DNA from: a virus
Lineage: Duplodnaviria > Heunggongvirae > Uroviricota > Caudoviricetes
Direction: 5' to 3' (one strand)
DNA length: 64,000 nt
Virus record (IMG/VR): IMGVR_UViG_3300026966_000012
Part shown: in pieces, positions 45,670 through 55,449 of the stretch
Layout of the letters: every line of letters begins with the position of its first letter
Position numbering within the stretch: the stretch's first letter is position 1
Position numbers and translations under genes: made by a program
The notes under the pieces: model-generated
Told to the model about the DNA's origin: nothing
The model's input: only the letters and a program-made list of their open reading frames with translations
Databases searched by the model: none

Positions 45670-45990
45670 ATTGTGGGCGTGAGTAACAGATGGTTATACA
45701 TAAAGTATTGATAGCGACACGGTACGTGTTATAGCCATATGCGGCGATTGATCGGTAGAGAGGAGTCTGGCCAAAACCACCGCCTAAACAGGTAGTATTT
45801 TATTTTTATGTAATGGTTTAATGTCCAACTCTAAATAGCTATTTCAGGCTCTCTAAGAACTGTTTATAGTAATTCTGTCTATTTAAGAAGACTGATACAA
45901 CGTAACACTTATCTCCTAATCGCGACAAGGTACGAGTACCCCTCGGCGAAGGGGGTCGTCCCACGACGGGACGCGGCTACCCACACCTCC
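45670..45990. other. AT-rich non-coding region (lowest GC in the window); candidate origin or regulatory region
   Basis: A/T runs such as tattttatttttatgtaatggtttaatg; no ORFs. Confidence 0.35.
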
Positions 45991-45994
45991 CCAG

Positions 45995-46372
45995 ATGTCG
46001 ACAGCCACACGAAACCAATCGGTAGAGATTGGTACAGAAACGACGACGCTCGTCCGGGTCGCTATAGAAGATGGCGACCATGGATACGTTATCGTCCAGT
46101 TCGAAACGGACTACGAGCCCGCAACGCACTCAGAAGTACAGGAGCGAGTGCGGGCAATGTGGAACAATCTCCCCGTCCGCGAGTATCGGACACTTGCCGG
46201 CCGAGTAGTTACACAGTGGCCCGGTGCTGTCGCTGGTGTCTGTGGTGGAGTTCTTCAACACGATCCGTCCCAAGAGACATGGCATTGCGAACATTGCGAT
46301 GTCCGACTTCCCCCAGGAGTCTGGGCGGCTCATGTTGAAGGCTGCTTTCGCTCACAGTGGAGAGATCAATGA
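45995..46372 (+). CDS. hypothetical protein
   Basis: C-terminal HCEHCD. Confidence 0.5.
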   Translation: MSTATRNQSVEIGTETTTLVRVAIEDGDHGYVIVQFETDYEPATHSEVQERVRAMWNNLPVREYRTLAGRVVTQWPGAVAGVCGGVLQHDPSQETWHCEHCDVRLPPGVWAAHVEGCFRSQWRDQ

Positions 46373-46812
46373 CGACAGAACCAACTGACGTACTGGAAGA
46401 ACAGAAAGCAACATTCGAAGCGAAGAATGAGGACTACTCGGACACGTGGATCGTGTCGGGTATCGCCCTCTCCTCGCTTCACGACGAGCCCGTGGTGCTC
46501 GATTCAGACATCGACCACATCGTGAACGGAAACGTTCACCGTCTCCTCGACAAGGTGCTGCGCGGCTACAGCGCAACGATCATCAACGACGACGTCAACT
46601 TCGAAGCGGCGGTTGACTCGTTCAGAGATGCAGCAACCTACGCGGCGATGCTCGCGTCGGTGCTCGAGGGAGAACCAACGGAACGGCTTCACACGGCGTA
46701 CGATAACGCCCTCGCAGGCGGTATCGACGAAGGCGATCTCGATGTGCTGATCAACGCCCACGAGAGTAGTACACCGACCAGCATCGGCTACAGCCCGGAG
46801 GACCCGCGATGA
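46357..46812 (+). CDS. putative all-alpha NTP pyrophosphohydrolase (MazG-like), weak
   Basis: Adjacent to a clear MazG-like gene; EDYSDTW. Confidence 0.3.
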   Translation: MERSMTTEPTDVLEEQKATFEAKNEDYSDTWIVSGIALSSLHDEPVVLDSDIDHIVNGNVHRLLDKVLRGYSATIINDDVNFEAAVDSFRDAATYAAMLASVLEGEPTERLHTAYDNALAGGIDEGDLDVLINAHESSTPTSIGYSPEDPR

Positions 46813-47150
46813 GCTGGGACACCGAGTTCGACGACCGCTACCAGGAGATGGCCTGGGTCGTCGCAGATGGCTGGGAGATGCGTCCGGAGTACAGTAGCGA
46901 CCGAGACTACGTCGCGCAACTCGAAGCTGTCCGCGAGGAAGTGCTCGAGCTCTCGCACGCGATCCGTGGCGAGGGACGTGACGACCCGTCGATTGTCGGT
47001 GAGGAACTCGCCGACTGTCTGATCACGCTCCACCTGCTGGCTGTGCAGTTAGATGTCAACCCCTGGCCATACTACCACGCCAAGCAAGAGTACAACATGA
47101 ACAAGACGGGCACACGGACGGAGTCGGGCAAAGTCATAGACGACGCGTAA
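46809..47150 (+). CDS. MazG-like nucleotide pyrophosphohydrolase
   Basis: REEVLELSHAI...EELADCLITLHLLAVQL matches the MazG EE..E / EELGDLL pattern. Confidence 0.55.
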   Translation: MSWDTEFDDRYQEMAWVVADGWEMRPEYSSDRDYVAQLEAVREEVLELSHAIRGEGRDDPSIVGEELADCLITLHLLAVQLDVNPWPYYHAKQEYNMNKTGTRTESGKVIDDA

Positions 47151-47245
47151 ACCGCCATACGGCGGCAACGTACACACTTATTATCCCCCAGCGACTACAA
47201 GATAAGCACCCACTCCTGGAGCGGAGTGTATCAGAATAGAGTAAT

Positions 47246-50236
47246 ATGAGCCAACCAGACAGTAGTGTGCGCCTCCCGAAGAAGCAAACAACGGGAGCCA
47301 CGCTCGAAGACCGACTGACAGAGAACGCGTACCAGCGGATTATTCCACAGCGATACCTCAAGAAGGACGAGAACGGTGTGCCAACGGAGGAGCCAGAAGA
47401 CCTGTTCGAACGCGTGGCGAAGAACATCGCCATCGCTGAGGCGATCCACACGGACGAGACGGTGTGGATAGAACCCAGGCACATCAAGCCCGACCACCCG
47501 CGACGCGAGGACCTGATCCGCGAGGTATTCGACGACTACGGCATCGCTGATGCCGAGGGCATGGAGCCGACCACGGAACTGGACGAGGAGAACGCCAAGT
47601 GGGTCTCCTACGATACAATCATCGACGACCTCGACACTACCACCAGAAGCGTCGTCGAGGACACGAAAGAGCGGTTCCAGGATCGTATGGAGCGTCTGGA
47701 TTTCATCCCGAACAGCCCCACCCTCGCCAACGCCGGCGACGAGCTCCAGCAACTCAGCGCATGTTTCGTGATGTCCCCGGAAGACGACATCGCTGACATC
47801 CACGACACGCTTCGTGATGCTGCGCTGACGTTCCAGTCGGGAGGCGGCGTTGGGTATGCGTTCAGCTACCTTCGACCCTACGGTGACCGTGTCGGCTCGA
47901 CTGGTGGTATCGCATCGGGCCCGCTCACGTTCATGCGGACCTACGACCAGATGTGCCGGACGATCGCCCAGGGCGGGATGCGCCGCGGCGCGCAGATGGG
48001 TGTGATGCGAGTCACGCACCCTGACGTGATCTTCTTCATCCACTCGAAGAACAAGGACGTCTCACTCGCGCAGGCCCTCCGTCTGAACGACCCGAAGGAC
48101 TACGTAAACTCGTCGTACGGGGAAGCCCTCGAAGAAGCCCGCGACACACTCGAGCGGTTCACTGACGACGAAGGACGTCTCGAACCACACCTCCGAAACG
48201 CTGTCGAGGCACAGCTCGCCAACTTCAACATCAGCGTGACGGTCACCGACGACTTCATGCTGGCCGTGGAGAACGACGAGCTCCACACGTTCATCAACCC
48301 GCGCACTGGACAGCCCCACATCGCGACCGAGGAGACCAAAGAGATGTACGAGTGGTTCGACCTGGGTCACCACGTCACTGTGGGAGAGCCACTACGTGTC
48401 CCGGCTCGCGAGATCTGGGATGACATCATCGAAGGTGCGCACGAGAACGGCGAACCAGGGGTGCTGTTCATCGACAGTGCGAACGCGGACCACTCGTTCC
48501 CGACGGAATCGACGCCGACATGGCGCGACGACGATCAGTTCGAGATGTCGACGACCAACCCCTGTGGCGAGCAATGGCTCATGGAGAACGAGGCGTGCAA
48601 TCTGGGCCACATAAACCTCTCGACGCTTGTGGCCGAGGATGCACCCGACTGGCGAACGTACCTCGACACATACGGCGCCCCGAGTGGGTACGAACCCGAC
48701 CGGTCTGAGATGGCATACGTCGTTGGTGATTTCCTCGAGAAAGCCATCGACTGGGAGGAGCTCGACGCCCGCGTCGACGACGGCGTTCGGTTCCTCGACA
48801 ACGTCGTCACCATGTCGTCATTCCCCACCCCGGAGATCGAACAGACAGTACGGGATAACAGGAAGATAGGACTCGGGATCATGGGACTGGCCCAGATGTT
48901 CGTGCAGATCGGGACCAAGTACGGGAGCGATGTCTCGAACGAAGTGACCAGACAGGTGATGCGCCACATCAACCAGCGGTCGAAAGACGCATCGCTACGT
49001 CTGGCTGACCAGCGTGGGTCGTTCGAAAACTGGGAGCACTCGAAGTACGCCGACCCGACCGCCCACACAGACTGGTTCGAGCGCCAGACTGGAGAGGCGG
49101 CCGACGTCTGGGAAGATGGCTACCCGATACGGAACCACAACACGACCACAGTGGCGCCGACTGGGACAACTGGAATGATCGGAAACACGAGCGGTGGATG
49201 TGAACCGATCTTCGGTGTTGCACACTTCAAAAACGTCTCTCAGGACATCCAGGGAGACGAGCAGCTCGTTGAGTTCGACGACTATTTCCTCCGTGTCCTG
49301 GAGGCTAACGACGTCGACGTCGAAGCGGCGAAGACAGAGTGTCTCGAGCAGATGCAAGCCAACGAGTTCGAGGGTGTGAAGGGGCTCGAAACGGTCCCGG
49401 ACGAGATCGGCGAGCTATTCGTCACCACGGACATGCTCAGTGGCCTCGAGCACGCGTCTGTCCAGTGTGCCGCCCAGGAGGGCGTGGACAGTGCGATCAG
49501 CAAGACCGTCAACTTCCCCAACAGCGCGACCAAACAGGACGTGCAGGAAGTGTACGCGTACCTGTGGAGCCACGGAGCCAAGGGAGGAACGATCTACCGC
49601 GATGGGTCCCGTTCGAAGCAAGTGATCTCAACCAGAGCTGATCACGGAGACGTGGCCGGCGGAGAGCCCATGTCGCGAGAGGACGCTGAGGCTCGAATCG
49701 ACGAGCTCGCAGAGGAACACGGTATCCCACTGGCCGCCGCTGAGCAACCCGCTACTGGTGGTATCGAGCTGGCTGAGCCGGGCAAGGTTCTGTCTGCTCG
49801 ACGCGAGCGCATCAAGACGGGATACGGGAACATGTACGTCAACATCGGGTTCGACGACGAGGGTCGCCCCATCGAGACGATCTGCAACATCGGGAAGTCG
49901 GGCGGGTTCACCAACTCGATGGTCGAGGCCATCGGCAAACTGTCGTCGCTGGCACTCCAGGCTGGCGTTCCAGCCGAGGAAGTAGTCGAGAAACTCGACG
50001 GCATCTCCTCGCCGGACATCGGGTTCGACGATGGTGAGCAGATAGCCTCACTCCCGGACGGTATCGCCACCGCACTTCGTCGTGCGGTCGAGGCCGAGAG
50101 TGAAGCGACACTCGAGATCAAAGCCCACAACGATCACAACCCGAACGAGGAGTCCTGTCCGGACTGTGGCGGCGACGTCGTTTACGACGGTGGGTGCCCG
50201 AAGTGCGCCCTCGAGTGTGGTTGGTCGAAGTGCTGA
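47246..50236 (+). CDS. nrdJ: class II (adenosylcobalamin-dependent) ribonucleotide reductase
   Basis: 996 aa; active-site TTNPCGEQ; C-terminal zinc ribbon CPDCGG...CPKCALECGWSKC. Confidence 0.85.
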   Translation: MSQPDSSVRLPKKQTTGATLEDRLTENAYQRIIPQRYLKKDENGVPTEEPEDLFERVAKNIAIAEAIHTDETVWIEPRHIKPDHPRREDLIREVFDDYGIADAEGMEPTTELDEENAKWVSYDTIIDDLDTTTRSVVEDTKERFQDRMERLDFIPNSPTLANAGDELQQLSACFVMSPEDDIADIHDTLRDAALTFQSGGGVGYAFSYLRPYGDRVGSTGGIASGPLTFMRTYDQMCRTIAQGGMRRGAQMGVMRVTHPDVIFFIHSKNKDVSLAQALRLNDPKDYVNSSYGEALEEARDTLERFTDDEGRLEPHLRNAVEAQLANFNISVTVTDDFMLAVENDELHTFINPRTGQPHIATEETKEMYEWFDLGHHVTVGEPLRVPAREIWDDIIEGAHENGEPGVLFIDSANADHSFPTESTPTWRDDDQFEMSTTNPCGEQWLMENEACNLGHINLSTLVAEDAPDWRTYLDTYGAPSGYEPDRSEMAYVVGDFLEKAIDWEELDARVDDGVRFLDNVVTMSSFPTPEIEQTVRDNRKIGLGIMGLAQMFVQIGTKYGSDVSNEVTRQVMRHINQRSKDASLRLADQRGSFENWEHSKYADPTAHTDWFERQTGEAADVWEDGYPIRNHNTTTVAPTGTTGMIGNTSGGCEPIFGVAHFKNVSQDIQGDEQLVEFDDYFLRVLEANDVDVEAAKTECLEQMQANEFEGVKGLETVPDEIGELFVTTDMLSGLEHASVQCAAQEGVDSAISKTVNFPNSATKQDVQEVYAYLWSHGAKGGTIYRDGSRSKQVISTRADHGDVAGGEPMSREDAEARIDELAEEHGIPLAAAEQPATGGIELAEPGKVLSARRERIKTGYGNMYVNIGFDDEGRPIETICNIGKSGGFTNSMVEAIGKLSSLALQAGVPAEEVVEKLDGISSPDIGFDDGEQIASLPDGIATALRRAVEAESEATLEIKAHNDHNPNEESCPDCGGDVVYDGGCPKCALECGWSKC

Positions 50237-50355
50237 TCGCGTAGACTCACCGTTTTTCGGATAGCTTGAAACCAAACGAGTGGAAGCCACTCGTGTATGA
50301 AAACACTCTTAATCTGATAGTACCAAGAATGTGATAACGCCTCCCCAGGTGTCAC

Positions 50356-51165
50356 ATGGACAAAGAAACAACGGAAGTGTCGGCCCACACCAACTGGGTC
50401 CACCCGCAGCTGCGAAACGCGGGCTTCGATATCTTCGACGTGGAGGGGTACAGTCTGGACGAGGACGCGGATTCGGTCGAGCTGTTCATCGACCGCCGGA
50501 GAGTCCGCGACGTCCGAGGGTACAACGCTGGCCGAGTCTGGCGCGAACTACAGCAGACAGTCGACGATACAGAACTGGAGGCGAAGGAGCGGCTCGCCAC
50601 GCGCGCAGGCTGTGACTACGTCGTCGCGGTCTATGACGACAAACGCGTCCGAGTGTACCGAGTAGACAGCCAGGGTGTCGAAACGATCACCGAGGAACTG
50701 TCCTTCCCCGAGTTCGGTGTCTGGGTGTTCAGCCACAACTCGACGACCGAGCTCGGTAAGGAGTTCATCCACGACGACGACTTCCCGACGCTGGACGCGG
50801 CCCTGAGACAGAACGGGACGCCGTGGCCGCCGAACCTCGATGGGTTCTGGTACGACGATGATGGGGTGCAGTGTCTCATCGAGTATCAGACCACGAACGT
50901 CACGTCCCCGGCGAATCACTCGAACAACCGCTATTTCTCACAGGACCACGGCCGCTGGAAACACCTCTGGGGGCTGGCACAGGCGCTCGACCTCCCGCTC
51001 GTGATCGTCGTCTGGTCGCCCAACGAGAAGTACCAGAACGAAGTGAAGGTAAAGATCGTCCACGAGGTCAACTTCAGCGGTCGTGACCGCGGCCTGTCTT
51101 ACTCCAGTGTGCAGCTGCTGGAGCCAGCGCAGGTGAGTGACGAGATCCGGATGGTGGCCCAATGA
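50356..51165 (+). CDS. hypothetical protein
   Basis: 269 aa. Confidence 0.5.
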   Translation: MDKETTEVSAHTNWVHPQLRNAGFDIFDVEGYSLDEDADSVELFIDRRRVRDVRGYNAGRVWRELQQTVDDTELEAKERLATRAGCDYVVAVYDDKRVRVYRVDSQGVETITEELSFPEFGVWVFSHNSTTELGKEFIHDDDFPTLDAALRQNGTPWPPNLDGFWYDDDGVQCLIEYQTTNVTSPANHSNNRYFSQDHGRWKHLWGLAQALDLPLVIVVWSPNEKYQNEVKVKIVHEVNFSGRDRGLSYSSVQLLEPAQVSDEIRMVAQ

Positions 51166-51530
51166 CGTTCGAGTACCAGCACGCCCGGGCCGACCGGGTC
51201 GTCGACGGTGACACGATCTGGATGACAGTGGATGTTGGGTTCTACCAGTACGTGAAGATCCCGTTCCGACTCATCGACGTCGATACGCACGAGATCCACT
51301 TCGTTAGCCACGATAGCGAGGAGTACAAGCAGGGAATGGTGGAGAAACAGTTCGTCATCGATTGGCTCACTGAAGCTGAGCTCGGTCGTGGCGACTGGCC
51401 GCTGGAGCTGATCACATACGGCACCGGAAAGTACGGTCGGTGGTTGGCCTACGTCAAGCGCAAGAGTGACGGCGCGATCCTGAACGAGGACCTGCTCGAC
51501 GCGTTCGACGACATTCGGTACGGTGAGTGA
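51162..51530 (+). CDS. SNase-like (thermonuclease) nuclease
   Basis: RVVDGDTIWM and a staphylococcal-nuclease-like layout. Confidence 0.55.
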   Translation: MTFEYQHARADRVVDGDTIWMTVDVGFYQYVKIPFRLIDVDTHEIHFVSHDSEEYKQGMVEKQFVIDWLTEAELGRGDWPLELITYGTGKYGRWLAYVKRKSDGAILNEDLLDAFDDIRYGE

Positions 51531-51789
51531 GATGGGGCGTGAGAGCGTACCGGTCAGTCGTCGCGACCTGCTGATCGCCCTGGGCGCCGGGTCCGTAACA
51601 CTGGCTGGCGACTTCGTCAGAACGAGAACGACAGTCGTTGGGGACGAGTGTGAGCCAGTGACGGTGTGTACACCCACCGGATACGGTGACTGTGGCTACG
51701 GTGAGGGTCCCTTTGGCGGAACCGACCCGAGCGCCGACTTGCTCGGCTACAGTGAGGGTGGGTACGGGACCGGAGGATACGGCGGATAG
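51523..51789 (+). CDS. small Tat-signal secreted Gly-rich protein
   Basis: Twin-arginine SRRDLLIALGAGS; GYG repeats. Confidence 0.5.
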   Translation: MSEMGRESVPVSRRDLLIALGAGSVTLAGDFVRTRTTVVGDECEPVTVCTPTGYGDCGYGEGPFGGTDPSADLLGYSEGGYGTGGYGG

Positions 51790-51790
51790 G

Positions 51791-51826
51791 CGCACGTACA
51801 TATACACACGCACATATGTACGTGCA
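51791..51826. repeat. perfect alternating purine/pyrimidine palindrome (identical to 31031 copy), followed by a T-run
   Basis: cgcacgtacatatacacacgcacatatgtacgtgca + gggtttta. Confidence 0.6.
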
Positions 51827-51831
51827 GGGTT

Positions 51832-52431
51832 TTAGAGCAGGTTGTCGACGACAGTTAGTGTTCGGGTGGTGAGTTCGTCGAGCCCACGATTGTTTTGTAC
51901 GACGGCGTCTGCACGCTGGAAGTAGTCCCTGACCCCCGCATCGTGCTCGCGATCGGTCCGTTCGCGCAAATATCGAGCACTGTCGATGGGGTCCTCGCCC
52001 CCTTTCCCCCTACCCTCACGGGTTGCAAACCACCTAACACGGTCGCCGAAGGTCGCGTCGACCCACACAACGTGTGCCTCAATGTCTAACTCGGCCGCGA
52101 GGTAGTCAACTTCGGCGGGATTCCGGGTCCCTTCCAGGACAACGACATCGGACTCGTCGAGATGCTCGCGGATGGGGCCGGTGCAGGGAACGGCCACTCC
52201 ATACTCACCATGCTCCTCTCTGAGAGCTTCGGCGTAGGCCCACACTTCATCCTCGTCGCTCGACTCCATGGCTTCTCTGAGCGTCTCACCCATGCTCACG
52301 ACTGGAAACCCCTGTTCTCCCAGGAGTTGAGCGGCTGTGCTTTTCCCACTTGCCGGATATCCCGCGAGTGCTATGATAGTCATCATGATATGTAATATAT
52401 CCCGAAACAAGAACATTGCGCTCACTACCAC
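51832..52431 (-). CDS. P-loop nucleotide kinase (adenylate/dNMP kinase-like); only minus-strand gene
   Basis: Walker A AGYPASGKST; start probably at MMTII (52386). Confidence 0.6.
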   Translation of the reverse strand: MVVSAMFLFRDILHIMMTIIALAGYPASGKSTAAQLLGEQGFPVVSMGETLREAMESSDEDEVWAYAEALREEHGEYGVAVPCTGPIREHLDESDVVVLEGTRNPAEVDYLAAELDIEAHVVWVDATFGDRVRWFATREGRGKGGEDPIDSARYLRERTDREHDAGVRDYFQRADAVVQNNRGLDELTTRTLTVVDNLL

Positions 52432-52522
52432 CAGAAGCGTTTGATTGTGCCCCGTCTATCCGGGTGAGGTGACCCGAGTATAACAAATATATTCTCGATT
52501 GTATCTGTTCAAAGAGTAGTTA

Positions 52523-52539
52523 CGAAAACTGGTATATAT
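52523..52539 (+). promoter_or_regulatory. late promoter motif CGAAAACTGGTATATAT
   Basis: TATA about 28 nt before the ATG at 52563. Confidence 0.5.
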
Positions 52540-52562
52540 GTTCGTGCGTGTTTGACAACTTG

Positions 52563-53366
52563 ATGGGTGACCCACAGACCGCCGAAATCCTTCTCGACAC
52601 CCCCGAGGTAGTCGTCGAGACGGCTGCGGACGGAGATACCGTCGAGAGCGTCAAGCTCGTCGGTACCATGTTCGCAGACGGACTCAACGCCAACGCCTGG
52701 GGCCTTACAGAGAAGGGTGCGAAGGCGATCGCGTCCTCGCTTGAGGGCGAAGATCTAACGGCTGGTCATCCTCCCGTCGTAGGGTACGGCTTCACACGAA
52801 GCATCCACGACGGGCCGGGCAAACCCATCGGTTCAGTCACAGACACCGGCGTTCAGTTTTTCCAAGCTGCGATGATGGCCGACGTCGGCGGTGGGTACAC
52901 CGCTGAGTACGAGGCCGAGGTAACGTCCCCGGCGTATGCCGAGGACTTCCAGCAGGGACTGATGATCGGTGGTGACTACGGCGTCTCGATCGGGATCACC
53001 GCTCGGGACGAGGATGCCATCTGTTCAATTGATGGCGAAGTCTTCGCGGAGTGCAAGCACTTCCGTGGAGAGGAAGTCGACGGCAAGATCGCTGGCCCAC
53101 TCTACGATGCTGGGGAAGCTGACCACCTCGCGGTGGTCTATGTCCCTGCATGGGAGGAGGCCGACTCCGAAGTAACTGACGCGAACGCAGCGATGCTCGC
53201 GTCAACTGCGGACGAGTTCTTCGGTCAGCCGTTCGACGCCACCAGCAACCAGCAAGCAGACGCGACCGCCGACACCGGCACCGCAGATTCCACCGAGGAG
53301 ACCTGCACCGATGATCGGTATCGTGTCCAGGTCACACCTGACCCAACGTTCACACTTCAACTATAA
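52563..53366 (+). CDS. putative prohead protease / head maturation protein (positional call)
   Basis: First gene of the head block, upstream of scaffold and capsid; ATG inside the track ORF that starts with GTG at 52548. Confidence 0.35.
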   Translation: MGDPQTAEILLDTPEVVVETAADGDTVESVKLVGTMFADGLNANAWGLTEKGAKAIASSLEGEDLTAGHPPVVGYGFTRSIHDGPGKPIGSVTDTGVQFFQAAMMADVGGGYTAEYEAEVTSPAYAEDFQQGLMIGGDYGVSIGITARDEDAICSIDGEVFAECKHFRGEEVDGKIAGPLYDAGEADHLAVVYVPAWEEADSEVTDANAAMLASTADEFFGQPFDATSNQQADATADTGTADSTEETCTDDRYRVQVTPDPTFTLQL

Positions 53367-53368
53367 CC

Positions 53369-54022
53369 ATGAGCGACGACGACACCCCGAACCAGCACAC
53401 GGTCGCGCTCGCCGACCTCTCCGTTCCCAAGATCCGGTCTGAGAACGAGCAGGTCGCCGAGGAGATCGACCGACTGGAGGGCCGCGTCGAGGAACTTCAG
53501 GCTGTGAAGGCCGAGGCGGAAGCCCGTGCCGACCAGCTCGAGGAGGAAGCAGAGAGCTTCGAAGCAGAGAAGCAGGATGCCCTCGACGACACAGCGGCCG
53601 AGTACGAGGAACAGATCGCAGAGCTCGAGACGGAGCTCGAGGCGAAAGACGAAATCATCGAGGAGATCCGCGAGGCCGAGCGCCAGCAGGCTCTCGACCG
53701 CTTCAGCGAAGCGTTCTCCGCCGCAACCGGTGCGGACGAGGAGGCCGTCGAGGCCAAGCTCGCAGAGTTCGACGACGCGCCCAAGGCGACGGTGGAAGCC
53801 GCCGCAGAGGGCTACGAAGTCGCAGCCGAGCGCGCCGAATCCGCAGCCAACGTCGAGTCCACCGAGGAGAACCTCGGCGGCACCGGAGACGCCCCGGGAG
53901 CAGACGCGACCGAGGACCGGAAGCAGGAGATCGCCCGCGAGATGGGCGTCCTCGACCAGCTCGAAGCAGCTGACGACCTGAAGCCCCAGGGCTTCGAGGT
54001 CAACACAGAGGGGGGAGCGTAG
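53369..54022 (+). CDS. scaffolding protein (acidic coiled-coil)
   Basis: EAEA-rich coiled-coil immediately upstream of the capsid gene. Confidence 0.55.
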   Translation: MSDDDTPNQHTVALADLSVPKIRSENEQVAEEIDRLEGRVEELQAVKAEAEARADQLEEEAESFEAEKQDALDDTAAEYEEQIAELETELEAKDEIIEEIREAERQQALDRFSEAFSAATGADEEAVEAKLAEFDDAPKATVEAAAEGYEVAAERAESAANVESTEENLGGTGDAPGADATEDRKQEIAREMGVLDQLEAADDLKPQGFEVNTEGGA

Positions 54023-54469
54023 ATGAGCCGAGCAGCAGAGGTCGGCGACAACCTGAACTTCACCTCGGACGACGCCGCTGACGGCGGCTTCGACTCCGAG
54101 GGCTACGTCCTCGAACCCGGAGACGACAACGGGCGAACGGTCAAGAAAGCCGGCGCTGGCTCCAACACGAACGCCTTCATGGGCGTCAACCACAAGAGCA
54201 CCTACAACTACGACGAGTCTGTCGTCCAGCAGGGTGTCCCCGTCGGGGTCATCCAGGACGGCGTCGCGATGGTGCTCTGCATGGGCGGAGCCAACTACCA
54301 GCTCGGCGAGCACGTGTACTTCCCCGACACTGGGGAGGATGCGGGCGTCGCCTCCAAGTCGAACAACAGCAACACGGAAGTCGGCAAGGTCGTCGAAGAC
54401 CACGATGACTCCGCAGGCTCGGCGAGCGACCCGGTGCTCGTCAAGGTCCGCGTCGACGGGAGGGTCTAA
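54023..54469 (+). CDS. hypothetical head protein
   Basis: 148 aa. Confidence 0.45.
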   Translation: MSRAAEVGDNLNFTSDDAADGGFDSEGYVLEPGDDNGRTVKKAGAGSNTNAFMGVNHKSTYNYDESVVQQGVPVGVIQDGVAMVLCMGGANYQLGEHVYFPDTGEDAGVASKSNNSNTEVGKVVEDHDDSAGSASDPVLVKVRVDGRV

Positions 54470-54471
54470 AC

Positions 54472-55419
54472 ATGGCAAAGCAGACAATCACTGAGATCGC
54501 CGCAGACGGCGAAGCGACAGAAGACGACGTACTCCGTCGCCAGGTCGTGCGCGAGCTGCTCTACAAGCAGGCCGGGAACCTCTCGGTCGGCACGCAGATC
54601 GTCGACACGACCTCGTTCGACGTGCTCGACGTCAAGTTCGAGTACCCCGGCGAGATGTCGGCGGAGTACCCGGTGGCACAAGACACCACCGTGGACCGAC
54701 AGAAGATCACCTGGAACGAGTTCGACATGTCCCTCCAGCAGGGAGAGGGTCGGTACTTCATCGCCGACTCCGCCAAGCTCCGGGGCATGGGCGACCTCCA
54801 GCAGCGGTTCACCCAGCAGCGCCAGGGAGAGGCCCTCGCGCGCCGGAAAGACGAGAACATCCTCTCGGCTCTCCTGAACGGCTCCCCATCCGCCAACGAC
54901 GACACCGCGTCGGCCGGCGACGAGTGGGACCAGCCCGACGTGGACATGGTCAACAAGCTCCACGGCATGTGGACGGACATCCTCACGAACGCGCCGATCA
55001 ACAACGCGAACATCGGCAACTTCAGTGTCGTCCTCCCCATCGAGATCTGGGCGGAGATCAACCAGGTCGAGCTGATCAACAACGTGCAGCAGCAGATCCG
55101 GGACTACCTCGGAACCACGTTCGGGTTCAGCATCTACCCGACCAAGCTCGGGCTCCACGACGACGACAACGTGGACCTCCAGGACGAGGCCATCATGCTC
55201 ATCCCCGGCGACGAGACCGCCATCCACGGCGTGCTCTCGGACAACGCGGCCGCCTCCGCAGGCGTGCCGCTCGTCGAGGAAGAACGCATCGCGGGCCGCG
55301 GCGACGAGTACATCGTCAGCCAGTGGTTCAACACCGCGATCGTCGAGCACGAGGGTGCCGGCGCTGGCGAGAGCCCGCGCATCGCCACCCGGAAGAACGT
55401 CAACAGCAACCGGAGCTAA
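54472..55419 (+). CDS. major capsid protein (putative, HK97-fold size class)
   Basis: 315 aa following the protease and scaffold. Confidence 0.55.
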   Translation: MAKQTITEIAADGEATEDDVLRRQVVRELLYKQAGNLSVGTQIVDTTSFDVLDVKFEYPGEMSAEYPVAQDTTVDRQKITWNEFDMSLQQGEGRYFIADSAKLRGMGDLQQRFTQQRQGEALARRKDENILSALLNGSPSANDDTASAGDEWDQPDVDMVNKLHGMWTDILTNAPINNANIGNFSVVLPIEIWAEINQVELINNVQQQIRDYLGTTFGFSIYPTKLGLHDDDNVDLQDEAIMLIPGDETAIHGVLSDNAAASAGVPLVEEERIAGRGDEYIVSQWFNTAIVEHEGAGAGESPRIATRKNVNSNRS

Positions 55420-55449
55420 ACGCTCCGGTAACGAGTAGGTGAAGACATC

